From: an uncultured Bacteroidales bacterium
Lineage (GTDB): Bacteria; Bacteroidota; Bacteroidia; Bacteroidales; UBA7960
Reading direction: 5' to 3'
Length of the DNA: 64,000 nucleotides
Assembly (NCBI GenBank): GCA_964601515.1
Contig: CAZRNU010000001.1
Location: forward strand, 9,534 to 73,533
Part shown: piece after piece, positions 1 through 11,300 of the stretch
How the letters are laid out: every line of letters begins with the position of its first letter
Position numbering within the stretch: position 1 is the stretch's first letter
Notes under the pieces: model-generated
Seen by the model: only the letters and a program-made list of their open reading frames with translations
Told to the model about the DNA's origin: nothing
Database searches by the model: none
Translations under genes and position numbers: made by a program

Positions 1-131
1 ATAATGAATGAATTGTTTCAAAATCATCATAAAAATAACCTAAAGAAATTGAATATCAAAGTTTTATTATAAAAAGTTTCGTTCACTAAATCCGTCTACG
101 ATAGTTTTTTTATTCTTGTCTTATTTGTTTA

Positions 132-139
132 TATCTTTG
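132..139 (+). promoter_or_regulatory. Bacteroidota-type -7 promoter box (TAnnTTTG) upstream of rbfA
   Basis: TATCTTTG at 132-139 lies only 5 nt before the ATG at 145 and matches the known Bacteroidetes -7 consensus TAnnTTTG. This implies a very short or absent leader. Confidence 0.4.
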
Positions 140-144
140 CAAAT

Positions 145-480
145 ATGGAATCAAATCGTCAAAAACGCATTTCACGACTTCTTCAGAAAGACCTCGGTGA
201 AATATTTCAGATTGAAGCCAAAAGTTGGTTTCAAAGTGCAATGATTACTGTAACCAAGGTTAATGTTACAGCTGATATGTCATTAGCCCGAGTTTATATA
301 AGTATATTTGGCAAAGATGCTAATGCTGTATTAGGAATTATTGAAATTAATAATAAGCAGATTAGGAAAAAACTTGGAGATCGAGTAAAGAACCAAATTA
401 GGAAAGTTCCTGAACTGAGGTTTTCTATTGACGACAGTCTTGATTATCTTGAAAACATTGAGAAGCTGCTTAAAGAATAA
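145..480 (+). CDS. rbfA: ribosome-binding factor A
   Basis: 111-aa ORF. The N-terminal RISRLLQKDLGEIF, ARVYISIFG and VPELRFSIDDSLDY motifs are typical of RbfA, and the size is right. Confidence 0.9.
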   Translation: MESNRQKRISRLLQKDLGEIFQIEAKSWFQSAMITVTKVNVTADMSLARVYISIFGKDANAVLGIIEINNKQIRKKLGDRVKNQIRKVPELRFSIDDSLDYLENIEKLLKE

Positions 481-485
481 ATATT

Positions 486-1301
486 ATGGAGTATGACCCT
501 ATAAAAACATATCTTGGTATAATATTTAAACGTAATATATTCACATTAAGAATATTTTACTTCATTCTCGATGTTCTTTTTCTTCGTTCATGGTATATTC
601 ATCGTGAAATTAAAAAAATAGCAGCGTCATTTAGCGGTGCAGAAAGAATAACTGTGCTGGATGCAGGTAGTGGATTTGGTCAGTATTCATGGTATATTTC
701 AAGGAAATATAAATCATGGATAATAAAGGGAATTGACATAAAAGAAAAAGAAGTAAAAGAATGCTCAGAGTTCTTTTCTAAAGCAGGGGTCAACAATGTC
801 AGCTTTGACATAGAAGATTTAATAGAATTTTCTGATCCTCAGGCTTTTAATATGATTTTATCTGTTGACGTTTTTGAACATATTTTGGATGATATTAAGG
901 TAATGGAGAATGCATATAAAAGTCTTAAGTCCGGAGGTGTTCTGATTATCTCTACGCCATCGGATCAGGGAGGTTCTGATATTCACTCGGAAGATGACAG
1001 TTCTTTCATTTCGGAACATGTTAGAGATGGATATTCTATAAAAGACATTCATGAAAAGCTTGAAAAAGCGGGGTTTAATGAAATAAATTCGAAGTATTCC
1101 TATGGGAAATTCGGTAGTTTATCATGGAGATTATCGATTAAGTATCCATTGAGCATGCTGAATTTATCTAAACTATTCCTTGTTGTTTTACCTGTATATT
1201 ATCTGTTATTCTTCCCTTTTTGTTTTTGGCTAAATATTCTTGATTTAAACATTAAGAATTCAAAAGGAACTGGTTTAATTGTTGTAGCAAGAAAAAATTA
1301 A
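486..1301 (+). CDS. class I SAM-dependent methyltransferase with hydrophobic C-terminal tail
   Basis: 271-aa ORF with SAM-binding motif I (VLDAGSGFGQYS) and post-I/II motifs (ILSVDVFEHI, GGVLIISTP). The C-terminal ~50 aa are hydrophobic. The gap from rbfA is 5 nt. Confidence 0.75.
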   Translation: MEYDPIKTYLGIIFKRNIFTLRIFYFILDVLFLRSWYIHREIKKIAASFSGAERITVLDAGSGFGQYSWYISRKYKSWIIKGIDIKEKEVKECSEFFSKAGVNNVSFDIEDLIEFSDPQAFNMILSVDVFEHILDDIKVMENAYKSLKSGGVLIISTPSDQGGSDIHSEDDSSFISEHVRDGYSIKDIHEKLEKAGFNEINSKYSYGKFGSLSWRLSIKYPLSMLNLSKLFLVVLPVYYLLFFPFCFWLNILDLNIKNSKGTGLIVVARKN

Positions 1302-1308
1302 TCAGATA

Positions 1309-2532
1309 ATGAAACTTCCATTCTTTATAGCCAGGCGTTATTTGTTCGCAAAGAAGTCCCATAACATTATCAATATAGTTTCATTAATTTCTGTTGCAGG
1401 AGTGGGGGTTGGAGCCATGGCATTAATTATTGTTCTATCTGTTTTTAATGGTTTCGAAAAACTGATTCTTTCTTTATTCGATGCATTTAACCCTGATATT
1501 GAAATCACTGTTATTGAAGGCAAAAGCTTCAGTATGTCTGATATCCCAGTCGAGGAAATTAAGAATATACCCGGGGTGTTGTATATTGGTGAAATTGTTG
1601 AGGAGTCTGCTATGATTTCATATAGAAATCGCCAGCATTTAGTAAAGATGAGAGGTGTTAGCAATGATTATTTCAATATTACCGGAATAGATACCATGAT
1701 TGTTGAAGGAGATATCGTTCTTGAAGAAGGAAACAGGGATTATATTCTTTTAGGCCAAGGAGTGGCATATATGTTAAACTCAAGTATTCATGACATTAGG
1801 AATTTTCATACTATATATGTTCCCAAAAGAGGAAGGCAAGCAATAATAAATCCTGCACAGGCATTTAATGCCAGTTCTAATTTTGCATCAGGAGTTTTTG
1901 GCATTCAGTCTGAGTTTGACATGGAATACATCATAGTTCCTATAAGGCTTGCAAGATCTTTATTAGAGTATGATGAAGAAATCACTTCATTGTTTATTTC
2001 GCTTGAATCAAAAGCAAATCATAACAGAATACAAAAGAGCATCGTAAAGATGGTTGGAGATAAATATGTTGTGAAAAACAGGCTTCAACAACAGGATTTT
2101 CTTTATAAAATTATGAGATCTGAAAAGTGGGCAATTTTTTTGATTTTGTCTTTTATATTATTAATTGCTGCTTTTAATGTTTTAGGGTCATTAACCATGT
2201 TGGTTTTAGAGAAAAGTAAGGATGTGAAAACACTCTGGTTTCTGGGCGCAGATAAAAAACTGCTTAAAAGGATTTTCTTAATTGAAGGAATATTGATTAG
2301 CATTGGAGGTGCATTTATAGGGTTGCTTTTAGGGGCATTGTTCTGTTGGATACAAATGAAGTTTGGGATTATTTCGCTTTATTCAGAAGGGTCATTCATA
2401 ATAGAAGCTTATCCTGTTGCGATGAATTATACGGACTTCATTTTAGTATCTGCTACTGTAATTATTATAGGAGTAATAACTTCATTATTCCCGGTCAAAA
2501 ACATTTCAGCTCTTATCTCCAAAAAGTCTTAA
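1309..2532 (+). CDS. FtsX-like ABC transporter permease (LolC/E-like)
   Basis: 407-aa ORF. The N-terminus FIARRYLFAKKSHNIINIVSLISVAGVGVGAMALIIVLSVFNGF is typical of the LolC/E / FtsX permease family, and there is a C-terminal 3-TM FtsX domain. Confidence 0.85.
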   Translation: MKLPFFIARRYLFAKKSHNIINIVSLISVAGVGVGAMALIIVLSVFNGFEKLILSLFDAFNPDIEITVIEGKSFSMSDIPVEEIKNIPGVLYIGEIVEESAMISYRNRQHLVKMRGVSNDYFNITGIDTMIVEGDIVLEEGNRDYILLGQGVAYMLNSSIHDIRNFHTIYVPKRGRQAIINPAQAFNASSNFASGVFGIQSEFDMEYIIVPIRLARSLLEYDEEITSLFISLESKANHNRIQKSIVKMVGDKYVVKNRLQQQDFLYKIMRSEKWAIFLILSFILLIAAFNVLGSLTMLVLEKSKDVKTLWFLGADKKLLKRIFLIEGILISIGGAFIGLLLGALFCWIQMKFGIISLYSEGSFIIEAYPVAMNYTDFILVSATVIIIGVITSLFPVKNISALISKKS

Positions 2533-2731
2533 AAAAACACAAAAAAACAAGGATTAAACAATTGTTTCTTCCGTCTTCCTATATTTTATAGTAGTTTCTG
2601 AGGTTTTCCCATTGCTGCCAAGTTAGGGGTACATTTCTTGTTCCTTTAAATCGAAATGCTTAAATTTACAAGTTATTATATAACAGTAAATTACAGTTAA
2701 AAAAGAACATTATAAAAAACATCTTACTTAT

Positions 2732-2739
2732 TACATTTG
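2732..2739 (+). promoter_or_regulatory. candidate -7 promoter box for the first C25 peptidase gene
   Basis: TACATTTG matches TAnnTTTG and lies 56 nt upstream of the ATG at 2795, inside a 262-bp AT-rich intergenic region. Confidence 0.35.
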
Positions 2740-2794
2740 TTATTTAGTGTTAAAATAAACCCTTTTTATATTAGAAAGTTAAATAAAAAATTTA

Positions 2795-5700
2795 ATGAAG
2801 CAATCAAATTTACCAAACAAAACCAAGATTAAAATGTTAGAAAAAAAATTACTTTTTGGAAAAAGCAAACTAATATCATTAATTATAATGCTCTTAGTTT
2901 GTGCATCAACAAATCTTTATTCACAAACTACAAGAATTGAGTTTGCTGAAAGCAAGAGTTTGCTTGAAGTTAAGTCAAATACAATTACTTCGACCAGAGT
3001 TAATTATGTGTTTGATGGACTAAATGTGCTGGATGTTAAATCAGACAAGGGGACCTTTACTGAGCTTATTATGCCCGAAGGTTATAGTATTGGAAACATT
3101 GGTACTCCCAAGCTTCCCGCTGCAAAAAATCTTATCGAGATTCCATTCGGAGCAGAAGTAACAGTTAAGATTTTGAGCTACACTACTGAGGAGTATAAGC
3201 TTAAAGACTTAGGAATAGTTAATATGTTGATGCCTGTTCAGCCTTCAATTCGCAAGGACCAGGATATTGACAAGATTAAATTTGAATTTGAAAAGGATGT
3301 TTATTTAAAAAACACTTTTATTCAACCTGAAATTGCAACGGTTGAGATATTAGGTGTTTTAAGAGATATGAGATTGGCAAGGCTCACAGTGGCGCCAGTT
3401 TCTTACAATCCTGTAGAAGGAGTTATTAGAGTTGTTAATAATATTGATTTAGAAATTGTTTACACTAACTCTGATGTGGCGTTAACCAATTATATTAAGG
3501 CATCTACATATTCTCCATATTTTGATATAATTAAAAGAACGGTTATAAATCCGATATCAAATAGAGGAGCATTCGAAGATCATCCTGATTTGACAAAAAA
3601 TCCTATAAAGATGCTGATAGTGTCTCACAGAGACTTTGAAGCAACACTTTCTTCATTCATTGAATGGAAAACACAGCAAGGAATTTTTGTAACAGTGGCA
3701 TATACAGATGTTATCGGAACAACAGCCAATGCAGTGAAAACATACATACAAGGCGTTTATAACGAAGCCACTCCGGAAAACCCTGCTCCTTCTTTTGTAG
3801 TAATAGTGGGTGATCCTGGGAAAGTTCCAGCTTCAGCAACCGGAAGTTCTTCAGGACAAGTAACAGACCTTTACTATGCAAGTATAGATGGAGATATGTT
3901 TCCTGATATATATTATGGTAGGCTTTCTGCGAGAAATACGGGAGAGCTTCAAAACCAATTAGACAAAATTTTGTATTATCAAAAATATGAATTTACGGAT
4001 CCAACTTATCTTAATGATGTAACTCTTATTGCCGGATCAGATAGTTATTGGAACCCTGCCGTTGGTCAGCCAACAGTTCATTATGGGACTCAGAACTATT
4101 TTAATACTGCACATGGATTTACAAATGTTAATGCATACTTAAGTACATACACAGGATGCTACGATAATGCAAGAATTTCAGTTGGTTTTATCAATTTTAC
4201 GGCTCATTGTTCGCCAACAAGCTGGGCAGGGCCAACTCTTACAGTGTCAGATGTTCACGCTATGACAAATACAGGTAAATATCCATTAGCTGTTGGTAAC
4301 TGCTGCCAGAGTGGCATGTTTAGTCAGGCTGAATGCATAGGTGAGGCTTGGGTTAGGGCTCAGAATAAAGGTGGAGTTGCATATATTGGTTCCGCACCTA
4401 ATACATATTGGTTTGAAGATTTTTATTGGTCGGTTGGGGCTTTCCCAATTTCAGGCAATAATAATGGATATGTACCAACTGTAGCGGAAACTTCTTTGGG
4501 AGCTTATGATGCACCCTATGCTTCTGAATATTTTTCAGTAGATGCACTAAAATTTGTTGGGAATCTTGCTGTTACTGAAGCACATCTGCAAAGTTATGCG
4601 ACACATTCAAGCCCTTTATATTATTGGCAAGCATACCAAACATTCGGAGACCCTTCCACGGTTATATATTTAACTGAAGGAGAGGAAAATACTGTATCGC
4701 ATATGCCTATACTACCTATTGGTATGGAGTTTTATACTGTAAATGCACTTCCCGGTTCATATGTTGGTATTTCAAAGGATGGAGTTCTTCACGGGGCCTC
4801 ATTTGTTGGGGAATCAGGAGAAGTTAATGTTCCTATTACACCGGTTTTGGATGGGGGAGATGTGATGATTGTTGTAACAAAACCACAACATATACCATAT
4901 ATTCAACTTATACCTGCTGCTGCTTTGGAAGGACCGTTTATTGTAATAGATTCATTTGTTGTAAATGATGATGAAGGAAATAACAATGGACTTATTGACT
5001 ACAATGAAACAATAAAGTTGGACGTAACTGTTAAGAATGTTGGGGCAGATGATGGAATTGGTATTACAGGTACAATTATAGTAGATGATCTTTATTTTAC
5101 TTTGTCAGGAAATAACACTGCCGATTTTGGAAATGTTAATGCAGGAGAAGACAATACAGCAACTGTTTTAAATGCATTTACAATTATTGTTGCAAATAAT
5201 GTCCCGGATCAATATAAAGCATCGTTTGACCTTGCCCTTACTGATGGCGAAAATGATTGGGTTTCAAAAATTAATCTTACTGCTAATGCTCCAAATTTAG
5301 TGTTTCAGACAGTTGTTGTTGATGATGAAGGAGAAGGAATTCCCGGAGTATTAGACCCGGGTGAAACGGCTGACATTGTAGTTACAATTAAAAATACAGG
5401 AGCATCATCAACACTAGACATTGAAGCTATAGCAGAGACCATCAGTCCTTGGGTTACTATAAATACAACGGATGTGGTTGAGCTTACTCAATTGGCTCCG
5501 GGCGAATCTGCTGATGCAATTTTTAATGTTACAGCTTCTATAGATACACCGCTAGAGCAGCCTGTAGAATTTGATTTTACGGCAGCAACCGGTGAGTATG
5601 TGTTTGAAGATACAAAAACTATAATTGTAGGATTAATACCTGTTTATATAATGGGACAAACTGCTACTGTCGAGGCTTGTATTGGGAAATTCTATGATAC

Positions 5701-8311
5701 AGGTGGTCCTTCGGGAGAGTATGGTAATAGCCAAAACATTATTATGACTTTTTATCCTGCTCAACTAGGACGAGTGTTAGAGTTCGAATTTACAAGTTTT
5801 GCGGTGGAAAATCATACATCTTGTAATTATGATTTTCTAAAAATTTATAACGGAGAAAGCACATCAGCTCCTTTGATTGGGACTTACTGCGGCACTAATT
5901 CGCCCGGTACATTCTTAGCCACTAATGATGCAGGAGCAATAACATTCCATTTTTCTTCTGATGGTTCTGTAACTGCAGCAGGATGGGAAGCATTATTTAG
6001 ATGTGTTAATATTAGCGAACCACCTGTTTGCGCTCAAAACCCAATTCCTGCTGATGGAGCTAATAATATTGCTCTTCTTCAGGATGGAAAACTAAGATGG
6101 GGTAGCGTACCTGCTGCTTTTTCTTATGATGTTTATATTGGAGTGAATACATTGCCTGCTGAAGTTACTGCTAATGTGGCAACAAATTCTTACGATTTCG
6201 TTATAAGTCCAAACACAGATTACGTTTGGAAAGTCGTTGCGAAAAATTCGGCTGGTGAAGCTATTGATTGTCCTACATGGACATTCTCTACCGGTGATTT
6301 ACCTGATATTGTAAATATGCAAAATGGAAGTATGGCAACGTGCAATGCATTGTTTTACGATTCTGGGGGGCCTTCCTCAAGTTATAACAATAGTGAGAGT
6401 TTTGTTTATACATTTTTGCCAAACAAGGATAATTATTTTATAAAAACTGAATTTTTAAGTTTTGATGTTGAAGCTAATACTACTTGCGCTTGGGATTATT
6501 TAGAAATTTTTAATGGTCCAAACACAAGTTCGCCTCTAATTGGAAAGTATTGTGGAACAAATTCTCCGGGGGTTGTTATTGCCGATAACACGCAAGGAGC
6601 ATTAACATTCAGATTTGTTTCTGATGGTTCTGTTGTAAAACCCGGTTGGTCTGCAGTTGTTTCATGCGAAACTAATGCTTTAGAGGTTATTGAAGTAATT
6701 GCTTTAAGCGATATTCAGGTATTCATTGGAACTGAGATTGACAATATCAATTTACCTGAACATGTAGTTGTTAAGCTTTCTGATGAATCTTATGCAGATG
6801 TTCCTGTAATATGGGATGGAGGAACTCCTGCTTATGATGGTAATGTAACTGATACTTATGTTTTTGAAGGAGCTCTTGTTGAAACCCCTGAGGTTATCAA
6901 TCCATCAAACTTCATAGCAACAATAAATGTTGTTGTATTCGACTCTGAAAAACAACTTGCATCTTCCGAGACTCTTGAAAACATATCAGCGTTCTATGGT
7001 ACTACTTTAGGTCAGTTAGAATTACCAACCGAAGTAATGGTAACAACTGACGATGACTATTCATTATATCTCGAAGTAGTATGGGACGAAGGTACTCCTG
7101 AATATAATGGAACTACTCTTGATTCTTATTTGTTTGAAGGAGAAATCCAACTTATCCCGGGCTTCCTAAACGATGAGGATATTAAAGCATATGTAACAGT
7201 AATAGTTGTAAATAAAAACATTACCTCAGTTGCCGGATTTGCACCTATAGGAGTGAATTATAACACAGCATTGATAGACTTGAATCTTCCGGCAGATGTT
7301 TTGGTTACACTGGAAGATGCAACAACTGTAACTTTGGATATTGACTGGGATAATGGCACTCCGGCTTATGATGGAAGTGTTCCGGGAGTGTATGAGTTTG
7401 AGGGCTCACTAGAGTTGATAGACGGCTTATCGAATTTAAGCGAATTGCATGCATATATTACTGTAACAGTAAATTTCATATCAGCCACAATAAGTCCTGA
7501 TGAGATAGATATGTATCTTAACTGGCCAAACGAAGACAAGGAGATAGAGATTTTATGGCATGATGCAGTAAGTTTATCGGGCTTTAAATTCCAGGATGGC
7601 GAAGAATGGACAGACGTTCCATCGGAGTGGTATGAATTAGAAGATCATGGAGATGGAACAGCCACTCTAACCATATTTGCATCAGAGATTGACATGAATA
7701 AAGCAGATCATAATGTATCTGATGATAATCCATGGAGAATAGAATTTAATATGGGCAATCATGCATATGGCAATACAAACATGATTGTAAAAACCTTCAC
7801 TGTTACTTTCGTTGTGAAAGATGAAGACAGTAATGTAATTACAGGTGCTTCAGTTGAATTTGACACTTATGATGGCAATGACAATGCAGGAGAAATATGG
7901 AGTGGAAGTGGATTAGTATATGAAGTATGGGCAAGTGGAGATTATGAATATACAGTATCAGCCGAAGGCTTCAAGCCAGCCAGTGACATTATTTCATCAG
8001 TTGTTGAAGATCTTACAATAAATGTAGTTTTAGAAGATGAAACAATTGGAATTACTGAAATTGACAGTAATGTTAAAATCTATCCAAATCCGTCTAGAGG
8101 AGTATTTAATGTTGAAATATTTGATATTTCAGGGCAGATTGAGCTAATAGTAGTAAATTACCAAGGACAACTTGTTCAGACTCAAACTATTGAGAGCAAT
8201 GGTTTAGGCAGCAGATACAAACTTAATCTGCAACACTTGTCAAAAGGTATTTATTATCTGAAAATACAATCAGGAAGTAATACAATAATAAGAAAGATTG
8301 TTATACAATAA
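2795..8311 (+). CDS. giant T9SS-secreted peptidase, family C25 (gingipain-like), with CARDB-like, CUB-like, FN3-like and Big_4-like modules
   Basis: 1838-aa ORF with a signal-like segment (LISLIIMLLVCASTNLYSQ). Gingipain-type catalytic contexts are FINFTAHCSPTSW (His) and AVGNCCQSGMF (Cys). There are two CUB-like modules (nt ~5678-6004 and 6341-6667) and three ~90-aa W-D-x-G-T-P-x-Y-[DN]-G repeats. The T9SS type-A C-terminal domain reads KIYPNPSRGVFNV...GIYYLKIQ. The true start could be the Met at 2834. Confidence 0.85.
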   Translation: MKQSNLPNKTKIKMLEKKLLFGKSKLISLIIMLLVCASTNLYSQTTRIEFAESKSLLEVKSNTITSTRVNYVFDGLNVLDVKSDKGTFTELIMPEGYSIGNIGTPKLPAAKNLIEIPFGAEVTVKILSYTTEEYKLKDLGIVNMLMPVQPSIRKDQDIDKIKFEFEKDVYLKNTFIQPEIATVEILGVLRDMRLARLTVAPVSYNPVEGVIRVVNNIDLEIVYTNSDVALTNYIKASTYSPYFDIIKRTVINPISNRGAFEDHPDLTKNPIKMLIVSHRDFEATLSSFIEWKTQQGIFVTVAYTDVIGTTANAVKTYIQGVYNEATPENPAPSFVVIVGDPGKVPASATGSSSGQVTDLYYASIDGDMFPDIYYGRLSARNTGELQNQLDKILYYQKYEFTDPTYLNDVTLIAGSDSYWNPAVGQPTVHYGTQNYFNTAHGFTNVNAYLSTYTGCYDNARISVGFINFTAHCSPTSWAGPTLTVSDVHAMTNTGKYPLAVGNCCQSGMFSQAECIGEAWVRAQNKGGVAYIGSAPNTYWFEDFYWSVGAFPISGNNNGYVPTVAETSLGAYDAPYASEYFSVDALKFVGNLAVTEAHLQSYATHSSPLYYWQAYQTFGDPSTVIYLTEGEENTVSHMPILPIGMEFYTVNALPGSYVGISKDGVLHGASFVGESGEVNVPITPVLDGGDVMIVVTKPQHIPYIQLIPAAALEGPFIVIDSFVVNDDEGNNNGLIDYNETIKLDVTVKNVGADDGIGITGTIIVDDLYFTLSGNNTADFGNVNAGEDNTATVLNAFTIIVANNVPDQYKASFDLALTDGENDWVSKINLTANAPNLVFQTVVVDDEGEGIPGVLDPGETADIVVTIKNTGASSTLDIEAIAETISPWVTINTTDVVELTQLAPGESADAIFNVTASIDTPLEQPVEFDFTAATGEYVFEDTKTIIVGLIPVYIMGQTATVEACIGKFYDTGGPSGEYGNSQNIIMTFYPAQLGRVLEFEFTSFAVENHTSCNYDFLKIYNGESTSAPLIGTYCGTNSPGTFLATNDAGAITFHFSSDGSVTAAGWEALFRCVNISEPPVCAQNPIPADGANNIALLQDGKLRWGSVPAAFSYDVYIGVNTLPAEVTANVATNSYDFVISPNTDYVWKVVAKNSAGEAIDCPTWTFSTGDLPDIVNMQNGSMATCNALFYDSGGPSSSYNNSESFVYTFLPNKDNYFIKTEFLSFDVEANTTCAWDYLEIFNGPNTSSPLIGKYCGTNSPGVVIADNTQGALTFRFVSDGSVVKPGWSAVVSCETNALEVIEVIALSDIQVFIGTEIDNINLPEHVVVKLSDESYADVPVIWDGGTPAYDGNVTDTYVFEGALVETPEVINPSNFIATINVVVFDSEKQLASSETLENISAFYGTTLGQLELPTEVMVTTDDDYSLYLEVVWDEGTPEYNGTTLDSYLFEGEIQLIPGFLNDEDIKAYVTVIVVNKNITSVAGFAPIGVNYNTALIDLNLPADVLVTLEDATTVTLDIDWDNGTPAYDGSVPGVYEFEGSLELIDGLSNLSELHAYITVTVNFISATISPDEIDMYLNWPNEDKEIEILWHDAVSLSGFKFQDGEEWTDVPSEWYELEDHGDGTATLTIFASEIDMNKADHNVSDDNPWRIEFNMGNHAYGNTNMIVKTFTVTFVVKDEDSNVITGASVEFDTYDGNDNAGEIWSGSGLVYEVWASGDYEYTVSAEGFKPASDIISSVVEDLTINVVLEDETIGITEIDSNVKIYPNPSRGVFNVEIFDISGQIELIVVNYQGQLVQTQTIESNGLGSRYKLNLQHLSKGIYYLKIQSGSNTIIRKIVIQ
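6894..8094 (+). repeat. copy 1 of a 1201-bp perfect direct repeat (inside C25 gene 1)
   Basis: Compared by eye, block by block, with 12385-13585 (offset 5491) and found no mismatch. Flanking bases differ on both sides (g/a on the left, t/a on the right). Confidence 0.9.
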
Positions 8312-8330
8312 GAGATAAAAGCATAAGCAT

Positions 8331-8359
8331 GAAGGTCGAAAATTATTTTTTCGACCTTC
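8331..8359 (+). terminator. hairpin between the two C25 genes (weak terminator or processing site)
   Basis: GAAGGTCGA (8331-8339) pairs with TCGACCTTC (8351-8359) as a 9-bp stem. It lies 20 nt after the stop codon, and no strong T-run follows. Confidence 0.35.
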
Positions 8360-8399
8360 TGTTGCTTGTATTAACCAAACATTAACCAAATTATTTAAA

Positions 8400-11300
8400 A
8401 TGAAAAAACTATTCTTAACAATTGTATTAATGGCATCGATTATTGTCGTTAATGCTCAAACAAATTGGGTTGGAATTAGCAGTTCAAAGAAAAAAGCCGC
8501 TGAAACAAACCTTGTAAAAAGTGATATTCAAAGTAGTCAGGTTAAATTTTCTCTTGAAGGCTTTGTTGAATCAATGGTTTCAACTCCAAAAGGAATTGAG
8601 AAAACATTAAGCTTATATGATGGTGTGCAAATTATGGAGAAGGGGGCGCCAGATTTAGGTAAGGAGTTCTTTTCAATAATTATTCCCGACACTGATGAAA
8701 TGGCAATTAAAATTGTTAATTCTCAATTTGTTGATTATAAGGGAATTGATATTGCTCCTTCAAAAGGACATTTATACAGAAATGTAAACCCTGAAGATGT
8801 GCCATTTGAATATAGTGATGTCTATTCAAAAGATGCTTTTTGGCCGGGCAACATTGCGCAGCTTGAAGACCCTTTTATTATGCGTGATGTAAGAGGTCAA
8901 ACAGTTACAATTTTTCCTTTTCAATATAATGCTGTAACAAAAACTCTTCGTGTTTATTATGATATTGAACTTGAAATATATAGCACCGGAAACATAGGGA
9001 AAAATACTCTTTCCAGACGTGATAATGTTGTTAAAATCGACCCGGAATTCAATCATATTTATAACAGAATGTTTCTTAACAATAAATCATTTGATAAAAG
9101 CTTTACTATTATCGAGGAAGAAGGAAGCATGCTGATTATTTGTTTTGATGATTATATGAATGCAATGAAACCTTTCGTTGATTGGAAAAGAACCATTGGA
9201 AGAAAAACAACGATAGTTCCTAAGTCAACCGCCGGGACTACCGCTGCCGCAATTAAAACCTTCGTAACGAATTATTATAATGAAAATGATGACTTTACAT
9301 ATCTGCTTATAGTTGGTGATGCTCCTCAAATTCCTACAAACAGCACAAGCTGGGGACATTCTGATAATGCTTATGGTTTTATAGTTGGAGCTGATCAATA
9401 TAATGAGATTATTGTTGGACGTTTTTCTGCTGAAAGTGTTGCCCAAGTTCAAACTCAGGTTCAAAGAATGATACATTATGAAAGAGATATCACAGCTGCG
9501 GATACTTGGTTAAATGTTGGCATGGGTGTAGCCAGAAATGAAGGCGCCGGAAATGGTCATAATGGCGGAGAAGCTGATTATGTTCATGCCGATTTTATAA
9601 GAGATACTTTACTAAATTATACATATTCTGCAGTTCATAGGGAATATGACGGAAATGTACCCGGACTTCCTAATACTACAGCCTCAAGTATTTCTTCGAA
9701 AATTAACAGTGGTGTTTCTATAATTAATTATATTAATCACGGCTCAGACACCGGATGGAGCGTTGCTGATTATAACTCAAGCCATGTAAATGCTCTTACT
9801 AATATTGGGAAACTACCTTTTATTTGGGCTGTTGCTTGTGTGAATGGAAACTTTAATTCTATAACATGTTTTGCGGAAGCATGGATGAGAGCTACACATA
9901 ATGGTGAGCCTACCGGTGCAATTGGAACTTTGATGTCTACAATAAATCAGGCATGGCAACCTCCTATGACAGGTCAGGATGAAATGGTTACTATTCTTGC
10001 TGAAAAAAGAGGTCACATCAAAAGAACTTATGGTGGCCTTTCTATTAATGGAAGTATGGTAATGATTGCTGCTCACGGTGCTTCAGGTACTGAAACACAT
10101 GTTACTTGGAACCTTTTCGGAGATCCTTCTCTAATGGTTAGAACAGATGTACCTCAAGTTATTTCAGCATCCTACAATCCGGTTATTTTGCTGGGATTAA
10201 GCACATTTCAAGTAAATGTTGATAATGCGGAAGGTGCAGTTGTTTCTATTACAAGGCGTAATGAAGATACTCAGGAAGTTGTTATTTTAGGAACTGCTGT
10301 TGTTAATGGCGGTACAGCTCTGGTTGAATTTGTTGAACCAATAGAATCTCCTGGTGTTGCTACATTGGCAATTACTGCTTACAACAAAGTAACGTACATT
10401 AATGATGAACTTGGAATTATTCCTCCGGAAGGTCCTTATGTGGTTTTCAAAAGCCTTACAATAGACGACTCTGCAGAAAATAATAACGGATTGGCTGATT
10501 ACAGCGAAACAGTTTTACTTAATGTAACCTTAGAAAATGTTGGAGTTGAAAATGCTGAAAACATAACAGCTACTTTAACTTCTGAAAACGAATATGTCAA
10601 TATTATTGATGGTAATAGCGCTTGGGGTGATATTGAAGCCGGCGAATTGTCACTGTTGGACGCTGCTTTTACAGTTTCTTTTGCTGATAATACCCCTGAT
10701 CAAGAGAGAGTAAGATTTACAATTGAAATGACCGACGGAAATGAAGTTTGGGAATCTACTTTTAATATTACTGTTAATGCTCCTGTTTTAGTTTTTCAGG
10801 GATTAGTAATTGATGATGGTGGTATGGGTATTCCGGGAATTCTTGACCCGGGCGAAACTGCTGATATAATTACAAATGTTAAAAATATCGGACATGCAAC
10901 AAGTTTGGAAATTATAGTTACTCTTGATACTGAAAGTCCTTGGGTAACGGTTAATACTCTTGAAGCTGTTGAATTAGGCTCTTTGGCTCCAGGAGAAGCT
11001 GCTGAAGCCAATTTTAATGTTACAGCTTTAGAAGAAACCCCTATTGAACAAGCAGTTGAATTATTATATACTGCTGCAACAGGGGAGTATACATTTGAAG
11101 ACTCAAAACAAATTGTGATAGGTCTTATTCCTGTTTATCTGATGGGACAGTCTGCTACAGTTACTGCTCCTATTGGACGTTTTTACGATACAGGCGGCCC
11201 AACAGCAAACTATTCAAACAATGAAAACATCATTATGACATTCTACCCTATGAATCCGGGCTCGGTTCTTGAGTTTGAGTTTTTACATTTTGATGTTGAA

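Noticed and set aside
2346-2591. An 81-aa ORF overlapping the 3' end of the FtsX-like permease gene and running into the intergenic region.
   Set aside because: It lies out of frame within a well-supported gene, has no recognisable motif, and has Cys/Tyr/Asn-rich odd composition.
6894-8094. The 1201-bp identical repeat as an insertion sequence or other mobile element.
   Set aside because: Both copies are in frame within the host ORFs and encode structural Ig-like/adhesin-type modules. There is no transposase and there are no terminal inverted repeats or target duplications. Gene conversion or an assembly artefact is more plausible.
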